DNA of 60,044 nt, counting the filler, from Sphacelaria rigidula (Eukaryota), in NCBI GenBank assembly GCA_964200075.2. It is 9 parts of 9 records of this genome, joined end to end, with 100 filler letters (N's around TTAATTAATTAA, not from the genome) between each part and the next. Parts side by side here need not be neighbours in the genome. Positions count along the whole stretch, not along the records: positions 33,416 to 39,998 come from CAXNAA020019223.1; positions 40,099 to 46,680 come from CAXNAA020019224.1; positions 46,781 to 53,362 come from CAXNAA020019225.1; 6 more parts are not named here. One strand, 5' to 3'. Both the position numbers and the translations under genes were made by a program. This document shows positions 37,840-47,919 of the stretch, one piece after another. Each line of letters starts with the position of its first letter. Positions within the stretch are counted from its first letter, which is position 1. The notes beneath the pieces are model-generated. The model was given only the letters and a program-made list of their open reading frames with translations. It ran no database searches and was not told the origin of the DNA.

Positions 37840-39054
37840 TGCCTGTGTAGCTTTGTACTGCCTGCGCTGTCCATGAGCGCATACGCAACTCGATTGCTCA
37901 CACTACCACGCAGTTCCGTCGTTGATGCTTACCATGACGGAAGATGCCCAAGTGTTTGCCAACAAAAACTTAATCAAGTACCGCAGTGTATCTACCCCTG
38001 TACTCAACTCGTGCTCTATGCTGCAGGGTTGCGGGGGTAGCTAAGAATGATTTCGATGGAGTTTGCATGGTTCTGTAAACGGGTGGTATCTGGCGTGGGT
38101 GGTCTGTGAGGTAAAAGTCAAGGGCCCCGTTGTGCCTTTCGACCGCATATTTTCGATCGGAAAAGTGTGCTTCTTGTTATTTACTTCTTCGTACGTCACT
38201 AATTATGAAAAATAGTTGAAGCCAGCTAGGAACAGAAATGCGGTTGACCTTACCACAGATTGAAAAACTATTTTCCACCGCACTTTTTCGATCGAAAAAA
38301 AATGTGAGAGGACACGCCCTTAGCGTCGTACAGTCAGTGCAGTAGTGCCGGCTCAAAGTACTCAGTGACATTTTTGACGTGAATTCAAGTGGAAGGATGC
38401 GGCAGTTTTTTTTCAGTCCAAAATTTCGGTTTTCTCGGAAACATGAGCAGTCTACGAGAAAAAAACGCGAATAAACCCTGGAATTGTCTCAACAAGTACA
38501 GCAGGGCGTTCCAAGCTGTAAAACGATTTTTTTCAGTATTTGACTTGTCTCCGCGAAAAATGAGCGGTCTCCGAGAAAAATGCAAGTTTGGAAGAGAAAA
38601 ACAAAACAAGTACAAGAACAACCACAGGAGAACGCCAAGACGTCGTCCTGAAACCGTCCCAACGAGTGCAGCAAGGCATTTCAAGGTGTCAAAAATCTGC
38701 CTAGCCTTTTTCAGGGTGAAAAGGGCACATAAATTCCAAAGAGGCAGTTGTCCAGATTTTTGCCGTACAAAAAGCGGCGTAAACCGCCTCCATAGTACAT
38801 TGAACGGGTAGATGAGCGTAACACTCTGAACAGCGTAGGAAGAGACGATGAGCGACATGAGCGACGGCACTGCGGACACTTTGTCCCTAGCGCCAAAGTG
38901 GACAACATGCGTGGTACGCTATACCTCCTAACCCTACTGCACATCCCGCAGCGATTGAAGGGGGCCTTCTGTTTCTCACCGGATCAACCAGGTTTCGACC
39001 CGTCGTGGGGAATCGACGACACCGCTCGTGGAATATCTCATGTGGAAAGCTCAC

Positions 39055-39180
39055 CTGACAGTCCTTCCCGCACACGCGAAGCCCGTTGCACCCTGAGCAG
39101 CGCTTGCGGCATCCTTGGCTGGTGCAATTCGGATTGTGACATGCCTTCATATCATCCGCTGGACTTGAATAGGATGCCAT
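39055..39180 (-). CDS. First exon of a MYND-type zinc-finger protein
   Basis: ATG...MKACHNPNC...KRCSGCNGLRVCGKDCQ then a CAG|GTGAGC donor (phase 0); the W..H...C half of the domain was not located. Confidence 0.7.
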
Positions 39181-39925
39181 GTTTTCGATACCTTAATGGT
39201 CCACCGGCGCGAATTATTTTTGGTCTACCGTCTGAGAGTGATGGATGTCGCGCAGTGGAATATACAGTATTTAGATGAAGACGGGCATAATGATGTTTTT
39301 GACAGAGTTGCGTCGCCTACCTTTTTTATACACGTTCAGGCCTCACGCCTCCGTATCTTCGGAGTAGATGATGACATGTGTCGCGGATCCTCGGTGAACA
39401 CGGGACACTTGACCCCCATTATCTTCAGGGTCAACTCCGGCAAACAAAGAGTATCACGGACTGTGAGAACACTTGGAATGTACTCTATATGTGGAAGGCA
39501 AAGTATAATAAGTACTCCGGAGGAAAATGAGTCCGCATGGGAAAAGGGAAGCCGGAGTTTGTCACTGATTTGTTGTTTACCACCCCTCCGCCGTCCACCG
39601 GTCGTGCAGCTTCGCGGTCAGGCGAGAGATTGCTGCACCAGTACTATACGGCTTCCTTCTTCATTGAGGTAACAAACATAACCTCGAGGCCATCGGACTC
39701 GTATTACAACAGGCTGAGCGTGTGTATGTATACCTCGCCAACGAAATATCTTGATTGAAGCCGATAACGTCTCGGAAAGATCGAAGGTGCGCAAGATAGA
39801 AAATGGTACTCGAGGCGCCTGTTATTTTCCAGAGTCTTTTCAGTGCTGACGAGTGTTCGACGCCGAAAGTACTGAGTATCCCGCAGTACCTAGAGTATCG
39901 ATTGCCAATACTACTGGATATTCCA

Positions 39926-39998
39926 GAGTGATGCTACGGTAGGGGTACAGAAATAATTTCTGAGGTTAGAATTGTTAGGAGCCCCTTATCTCATCCAA
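39926..39998. mobile_element. End of Sola2-like MITE family S1 (cut by contig end)
   Basis: gagtgatgctacggtaggggtacagaaataatttctgag is the reverse complement of about 876-948. Confidence 0.85.
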
Positions 39999-40098
39999 NN
40001 NNNNNNNNNNNNNNNNNNNNNNNNNNNNNNNNNNNNNNNNNNTTAATTAATTAANNNNNNNNNNNNNNNNNNNNNNNNNNNNNNNNNNNNNNNNNNNN
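39999..40098. other. Artificial contig spacer
   Basis: Same 100-bp N/TTAATTAATTAA block. Confidence 0.98.
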
Positions 40099-40922
40099 AA
40101 CTTGTCAGATTGCAGTGCTACGTGAAGTGAAAGACGCGCGTTGATTTGTAGATTACCACGATGTGTCATAGTAGGCACAACTCGCGATAGATCATCAGTT
40201 AAAACCGGCTGAAGGAAAGTCCGCTTCTTAGGCGGCCAAGCCTGTAGTCGTGATGATTCGTCCTAACCGTGGTAATATGCCATACAGCTTCGTTGTCGGT
40301 GCTCCCGAGGGTTGGAAGACCGATGTTTCTCAAGTCTGGTCGCGAACTAGCATGTCAAATTGTTTTCGTGCCACCAGCGCCGCCACGTATCCTCCCCGAG
40401 TAAGTAAACTCTTTACGTTACTCTGGCTTCGTCTTGTTTTACCTCTTCCAGATGTATCCGGGACACAGGACGACCCCAAGAGGCACAGCGCTATGTCAAG
40501 CGATCACTCAGGATCATGGAGAGTCACCTGGGGTATGACATGGAGGTGTGGACCACGCACTGCGGGCGTACTATGATGTCTTCGGATGCACTCTCGTGTG
40601 CCCGTCTCCATGCAATGCCACGGATGTAATAGCGTTCCCGACCTGTTAAACTCGATCCTGGCCCCTCGGGTGTTGGGTGCATTCCCTCTGATACTTTCTG
40701 CCCCTTGCACGGGGCAGTCGACCCGTGTCTTGCATAGACACGATCTCGGGAACTGATCGTTTCACGTCGGGGGTAGAGATACCTCTCGAATCCGGAGTGA
40801 GTGGACAAAATCGATCATGCCGAACCGTTTACCACGGTAGCGCCTGAATTGCACACAAATGCTGTTCATATCGAGAACGCTTGTTTGGCTGTCCATACTT
40901 CGCACTTACGTCATGCGTGCAG

Positions 40923-43386
40923 GTGGCAGACACGTTGCACGTCCTAGGACGGTGTGTGCAGCAAGCGCATGGGGCACCCGAGGAGGCAGAGGAATATTTC
41001 CGTCGAGCGCTTCACCTCAAAATCGCCGTACAGTCGCGGAAGGAAGGCGACGAAGATCCCCAGGTGAGCCTTTTGAGGTTAGCATGTGCATGTATTTGGC
41101 TCCCGACCGTCTGGCGGGGCAGGGTTGCTCAAGGTGACACTATTGGACTGTCACTAAACCGATCTCCTGTCGCACCATGGCAGAGTGACAAGTTAGAATG
41201 ACGCGCAATAGGTGGGCAGCAGCATCATCGCGTGAGCGATAGAGGCGATGCAGGTACAACGTACTACAGCAATTGCAGTGTGTTCGGTGGCATTCGATAG
41301 GGGACTGATAGCAGAGAACATTTTATCCGACGAACTTCCCCAGTAACTGGCTGGCCTGGAGGTATTGGAACGTTCTACTTGATGACGTGTTACTCCACTG
41401 CCGTTCTTCGGCGTTTTTTTGGAGTGTTGGTTGATCCAGGTCGTCAGCATTGAGGTCGCCTCGCGACCGGTGCATGATTCCAGTAACCTTCATATTATCT
41501 TTTGCTTGCTACGACACTATATTTTGTGGCACCCGCTTTCAGCTGGCGCTCACCCTTTACGAGCTCGGGCGGTGTGTGCGAGAGGTCGGTAAACCGGCAG
41601 AAGCAGAGGGCTACCTCAGGCAGGCGCTTGAGATAAAGGAAACGGCACCGAAGGCAGACCAGCTTGGCATAGCGATGACGCTTCACTCCCTCGGCAGGTG
41701 CGTATCGCTCACCTCGCCATCAACCCGCATGAGCCATCAACTTCTCAGGGGGTCTGACGTTGAAATATCAAACACCATCAATTTATGGATCACACTATGT
41801 GAATCTGGGCGTCATTTTGCAATCAGTGTACATGGAAAAAAGCGTCCACCATGTCAAAAAAGGAAACAGTATCAATCATGGAAGAAATGGAACAGCATCA
41901 ATCGTGACAAAAATATTTTGCATATTCGACGCTCTCTACCCGCGACACCCTCTCACCCATATGCTCAAATGTGTGTCATTGCATATTTATTACAGGTGTC
42001 TCCGAGAGACCAATCGGCCAGATGACGCGGCCAAGTGCCTAGGGCGGGCGTTGGCTATCGCGGAGACAAAGCTGGGTTCTGCTGACGTACACGTCGGAGC
42101 CATACTCTTCACACTGGCGTTAAGCCTTCGAGACGCGGGGCGCCCAGAAGAGGCAGCACCGTTGCTCCGGAGAACCCTGGAGATCGAGCAGACCAACTTT
42201 GACCTTCACGATGCTCAGGTGACAATCGAAGCATGCTGTGCACTTACATATATTCAAATCCCAGCCGAAGCCAGAACATACTCCACGACTCCATTCTACC
42301 CTTTTCCTAAGTTTTTGAAAATCACATTCAGAGCAGTTTGGCCCATTGTTTGTCTAATTTCAATGCACCATTGACTAATGCCGAGATAGCCCCCCCACAA
42401 AAAGTGCCCCGGAGACCATCCGACAAGCCGGCTGCGATCCCACTATTGGGCTCGTCTGCAGCGAAATCATCCACATGAGAGGCGTGTAGCAGTCCGAAAT
42501 AAGCTATAACGCCCAAATGAGTCGCGTCGTGCAGCACGAAACCACGTTTAACGGCGTTCATGATCATCGCCTCCGTGCACGTTTTTGGCCGGTTCGGGGG
42601 GGGGGGGGGGGGGGGGGGGGGTTTTTTTTTTTTTTTTTTTTTTTNNNNNNNNNNGGTGGGGTGGGTGTGGTTGGCTGGCGGCGGCGTACGCATTTGTTGC
42701 TTGCCTTAGTCATTTGACCATTGACCACGCATCCCTTTCGAGACGGAGCATGGCATCTCGGCAGCAGTCCATTGTACTGTTGTAATGCGAAAAGAGGACC
42801 GCGTGCTTAGAGGACCTCATCGGAATTTGAACACCCCTATGGTTAGGATCAGGGTTAGTGTTGGGTTTAGGGTCAGGGGCGTGATCCCTGCGGGGACTGG
42901 CCCGATTGGTTTTGAAAAACGTCGATCCTAACGTGTTTTGAGCTACGATGCGGTCTCCTAAGCACGCGATCCTCTCACGCATTACAGTACATGACTGCTG
43001 TGCGGTGAGTGCGCCCCATATTGCTTAGCGAAACGTCGAATGTACGTACCGTGTGTCTGACATGGGTCCCCTCAATCCAACATCAGGTGGTGGACACTTT
43101 GCGCGAGCTGGAACACTGCGTTCGGGCCATTGGAGGCAGAGAGCAAGAAGCCGAGCGGTATTCCAAACTTGCGGCAAGAGCCGAAGATGAAAGAAATGCC
43201 CACCCGCTAAGACGGTGGATTAATGGAGAGAGTACGAGAAGCTTGCGCGATGATGTGCGACATCCCACCGAAAACGGACGCAAGAGGGATCACAGGGATG
43301 GATCACTGCCACCTTACGAGTCTAATGTCGTTGATATGCCTGGGATTCATGAAGTGTCCGGCAGCACATCCGGCACTACAGAATAG
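40923..43386 (+). CDS. TPR-repeat protein (kinesin-light-chain/nephrocystin-3-type 42-aa TPRs; possibly the 3' end of an NB-ARC-TPR gene). Exons 40923-41063, 41543-41697, 41996-42218, 43087-43386; 5' end is off the contig
   Basis: VA.TL..LG.C......EAE.Y.R.AL.I repeats; all junctions are GT-AG with compatible phases 0, 2, 0; stop at 43384-43386. Confidence 0.88.
42685..42750 (-). mobile_element. Minimal copy of the family A LINE tail (intronic)
   Basis: Reverse complement of tgctccgtctcgaaagggatgcgtggtcaatggtcaaatgactaaggcaagcaacaaatgcgtacgcc. Confidence 0.85.
42781..42987. mobile_element. ~210-bp TTAGGG-containing MITE (intronic)
   Basis: Same TIR and body as 18416-18627. Confidence 0.85.
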
Positions 43387-44689
43387 TGCTCTTCAGACAT
43401 GGGGAGGCACATCCGTATCTGGGACATGGCACCTACTGATGCCGTGGAGAGTGTATTGTCTGATTCAGTCGACATCACGATGGCTACCTGCAACATAAGT
43501 ACGGTACGTCTGCAGGCGTTTAGGTCTCTTCTTGTACCGTGACCGACAAGTCGATGTCGAAGACCTAGTCTGGGCTGTTGATCTGTTGTGCTGTCACGGA
43601 CACCTTCAAAATAGCCCGATGATGTGATTTTCCTTGTAGTGGCATCGTTCGAACTATCCAAGCGCGGGATGACCCTTGATGTTCCCTCGTGCTCGTGTCA
43701 CTACACCCCGTGATCTGGCTTTATCTGGTTTTTGCTGTTTTTATCACATGTGGCGATGATGTTGCTACTTTGATCTGGTGTTTGCTCTTCATCTACAAGT
43801 GATGTTGATTTTTCCACCTTGTGCTGCTGCCATTAATAGTAGGGTTGATGCCCCCTGGAAAACCTAGCGTTTCCCCGCTATTATTGTCCGAAAACCATTC
43901 CCATTTGTACATTGGGCGTTTCCTTGTATGATGCCCGCTTTGTTCCCTTGGTGGGTATAACCTTTTTAATATTGTGATTGTAATTTGGTGTTTCCCGAAT
44001 GCACACTAGAATGTCAGCCATTCGCTTCCACTTCGTGGCGAATCGTGCAGCCGTACTTTTTGCAACGAAAGTAAGCATTTTATTACACGAGATTCATCCG
44101 CGACAATTACAGCTCTGCCGACGGTCGGGAGTCCGAGGCGTTTTAAGAGGTTGCTGGGTACGACCCAAGACGTTAATCGAAGTTTATTTTTACCGGCGGT
44201 CAGAGGCATTTTCATATACTTTTCATCGTCCACCTTTCAGTATACGGCCAAGCGTTTCATGTGTTGAAAACAACCATGTGCTGTACTGTGTACATTCGCA
44301 TATGTTGAACTAGTGTGGGTATTGGAGCATGCAGATGTGGTTTTCACCTGTAGCCTACAGTCATGGTATGTACTTACAATGTGGTTCGGACGGTTCAAGA
44401 TGTCTTTTTGACGGGAATGAGAAAAAATTACGCAGCATATCCGCAACGGGGTCGGGGGGGGGGGGAATTTACGGTAGTGCCAAAGCCGGCGTCCTCCTGT
44501 CCGTCATTCGGTACGAAGGCTAATGTCGATGCGATGCGAACAGATACTACAGTTGTATTCTGTAGTTGTAAATACGAGGGCATCAGCTTCGGTTCGACCA
44601 CTGGTTGGTATGTCGAGAGTTTTTCATGTTGCGAAGTTTCATTCTCCCGAGTTGCTTGTTAATGTCCATGCCCCCCCCCCCCGTGTGTG

Positions 44690-44860
44690 TGTGATATACT
44701 ACGAGATAGATGGTGGCCATAGACGGCGAAAAAGGACGGGCATAAGGACTGTCAACGGTATTTGTGTAATGTATGCAAGAAACGTAATGAGTACCCGAAT
44801 GTTGGAGGTGCGTGGTCAGTGGTCATTCGACGAAGGCAAGCAACGAATGAGTACCACCCT
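44690..44860 (+). mobile_element. 5'-truncated, internally deleted copy of LINE family A
   Basis: Matches 14625-14730 plus the tail; flanked on both sides by C-run + gtgt (probable TSD). Confidence 0.75.
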
Positions 44861-44879
44861 CCCCCCCTGTGTCAGTACG

Positions 44880-45075
44880 CTTCGGGCCGAAATGTATTTG
44901 CAGGATGCAGTTCACCCTTCATGTGACTAACCGAACACACCACGGCGCTTCGCGCTTGGTAATCGATTGCGAGCCTGGTCCGGCGAAAACACGGCGTGCT
45001 CCGTCCGGGCTTTGTAGGGGTGCGAGGTCAATGGTCTGATGACTATGGCATGCAAGATCAGGGATACCTCGACCC
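44880..45075 (+). mobile_element. 3' end of related non-LTR family B
   Basis: Colinear with 53600-53800; shares tgctccgtc...tgcgaggtca...tgacta.ggca with family A. Confidence 0.65.
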
Positions 45076-45740
45076 ACCTAACTCCATCCGCCCCCCGTTG
45101 TTTCGGCGGGTTCGTATAGTGGCGGGTGGAAGCGCGCACGTGTAACCGTAGCATTCGGGCTATCAAATTTTGTTGCTTTTGGAGAAATACTATGGATTAC
45201 ATGCGGCGGCAATTAAGATGAGGATAGGACACGTGCAACGCGTGTAGGGGGAGGCAAACTACAGCCTCATGGTGTTGCTTCTGTCGCCCCGTAGTGTGGG
45301 TTCGGTCTGACTAGGGTGTCCCGCGCCGGACAAACATGCCACGCGTTTTTTTTTTTCTTTCTTATTTTTGTACAAAAATCCTACGATAAAGGGGATGGTC
45401 TTGGGTGCACCAAGGGTTAGTGGGTGTGTCACACCATCTGACACATTCTTTCTGTGCTTGTATGTGGGTGGACTCGTTGTCAAATCGTGTGATACGCGTG
45501 TTTTATTATGCCAGGAGCGTCCAAGAGAAATTCGGTGCTCGCAGTGTCGCTTCAAAGCGGCTCTCTTGTGTAAGACTCATCTCGACCCGGCTGCACCCCC
45601 TTCCCGGAATGACAGGATCAATCATTCTTCATCTATTTCCTCAATTGGATTCCCACTGTAATGTGTGCAGACATGCATGGTTGTTTTTTGGTATTGTTTT
45701 TTTTTCGGTTTCTCACTTCACCTTTCTTTTTTTTTTCTCC

Positions 45741-45788
<48 letters not shown>

Positions 45789-46680
45789 CTTGGTTTTTTT
45801 TTTTTTATCTTGGCGAGGGTTTTCGTTTTGATCATTTATCTGGAGATCACTGCTGGGTCCCTCGGGCATCAGCCAATTATAATTTGTTTTGGTTTGTCGG
45901 TCCAATTCTTTCTACATTGTTTACTCGTTCTTTTGCTTTTTTCCCAGATTATTTTTCTCGTCTCGGTACATGTAGCAAAGGAAGGGGTAGAGTTAAGACG
46001 ATGTGGCATGGTTGTGTCAATACACGCTCAAGGCGTGCCACCCTTGCCTGTGTTCTTGACGCCTGAGTCTTATTGCTTTCTTCTGTGTTGTTTTGTGTTG
46101 TTTTGTGTTGTTTTGCTTTGTTTTGCTTTGTTTTCGTAGCCCGGCAATGGAAAGACGCGCCAATGTCTATGGCCACGGATTCAAGAGGTCGGGCTTACGT
46201 CCGGAAATAAAAGTAATAATTAAAAATAATTAGAACAGTGAGAAATAATAATGATGATAATATGTAATGTTCTCCAGCGAGATTTGACGTTTTGTTCACG
46301 TTGAGTGCATCTATCTTGTGATCATGATTGAGTCCGTCGAGGATCAAATGACGTACGACACTCCGCCAATGAACAAATCAACATACACCTGGCGTTGGAG
46401 GTGAGTCTTTCGTGGAAGGCGAGTTTCCGTTAGGGCGGATCCGGTATTTGTTATCGTTGTTTCAACCGCCCGCCCCCTTGTGTTTCCAATGACTAGTTGA
46501 ACGTCGGGCGTGTTCTTGGACCATCTTTTATGGTAACCAATCCGTATATAATAATGTTTTCGTGAGATAGAGAGTAGAGCGCGGACTGAGAATGACTTTC
46601 ATCATTCGACTGCTGCCGAAATAGCCCACCCCCGAACCGGCCAAAAAAGTGCACGGAGGCGATGATCATAAATGCCGTTA

Positions 46681-46780
46681 NNNNNNNNNNNNNNNNNNNN
46701 NNNNNNNNNNNNNNNNNNNNNNNNTTAATTAATTAANNNNNNNNNNNNNNNNNNNNNNNNNNNNNNNNNNNNNNNNNNNN
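46681..46780. other. Artificial contig spacer
   Basis: Same 100-bp N/TTAATTAATTAA block. Confidence 0.98.
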
Positions 46781-46850
46781 AGGAACGGAGCTCCCTGACG
46801 AGAAGGATGCGTGGTGAATGCTCAAACGACTAAGACAAACAACAAATGAT
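46781..46850 (+). mobile_element. Diverged family A LINE tail followed by an 18-nt C-run
   Basis: aggatgcgtggtgaatgctcaaacgactaagacaaacaacaaatga then poly-C. Confidence 0.75.
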
Positions 46851-47091
46851 CCCCCCCCCCCCCCCCCCATATATCAGACAAGTCATCATCCAGAGGGAGG
46901 GAGATGCACAATCATGAGTACACCTTCCCCCCTCTGGATGATGACTTATCTGACATTGGTGGCACCGTCCTACGATACGCAGAGTTGCTCAGATTCAAGT
47001 ACTCCTTGATTCGAAAAAAAAACTTCTTTCCAAGTATTTGGATATCATACAGCAGAGACACAAATTACACGCACGCGCACAAGATGTTGTA

Positions 47092-47686
47092 CGAGCTGGG
47101 CCAGCCAAGAGTAGGTGTGAATCTCGCTCAGGCGACGCACGGCGCGATATTGAGAGTTGGACGCTGACATTTTGACAGCAGCTTCCTATGATTGTAATCA
47201 GAATATCACCTGAGCAGCAAAGAAAAAAATAAAGAAAACAAAAGTTGTGGGCATTTGAAATTCAGCAAAAACAAGATAATATCATAAGTCCAGGGAAAAA
47301 TGTAGAATCTGCAGCTGCTCACGTGAAGTATCAGTTCTTTGGGTGCAGAATGTCTAGCTGAAATTGCAGCTCAAGAGTCGTCGAATGCGCCGTGCGTGCA
47401 ACATTTTTCCGTGACGCTGCTGCACCCCTGTAGATCAAGTGATGGAAGATTCCAATTATGGAGGTCATGAGTTCGAATCCCGACATATTCTCTTTTTTTC
47501 GTCTGTCGTTAAGGTTATACGTTATGCAGTACATTTTTTTCAATTTTCCTTTCATTCAGCGGCGGTGCCGTGTGTTACCAGGTTGGTCTACACTTCATAA
47601 TGATATGCTTACATTGGGTTCATTCGGGAAAATGGGAAAGCTGTGGTGTGAGTAACTTTCAGCCGCTTTTAAGCTGGCCCCGCTCG
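47092..47686 (+). mobile_element. ~595-bp Tc1/mariner-type MITE with TA TSD
   Basis: TA|CGAGCTGGGCCAGC ... GCTGGCCCCGCTCG|TA. Confidence 0.8.
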
Positions 47687-47919
47687 TATGTTAAGGCTTA
47701 GGGCTGCACCATATGCCGTGCAGTATGCAGTACAGCAGTCCCATGACGCAAGGGTGGCGGGCGTAGGCGGATATGCGCACACTGACCACACAGATCTTGC
47801 AAATACCGTCTGAATGCTTAGCCCGCGGGTTGAGTAAACAAAAAATTGCTTCAAGCAATGAATCAATCACGTGTTGGTTGACTTTTTTTCGTCACACTCT
47901 AACCTACTTTCCTTTCTAG

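Noticed and set aside
38887..43386. MYND gene and TPR gene as a divergent pair
   Set aside because: They are separated by an artificial spacer (39999-40098) and lie on different contigs.
45405..46139. 244-aa Phe-rich membrane-like ORF
   Set aside because: Translation of poly-T tracts and a retroelement tail.
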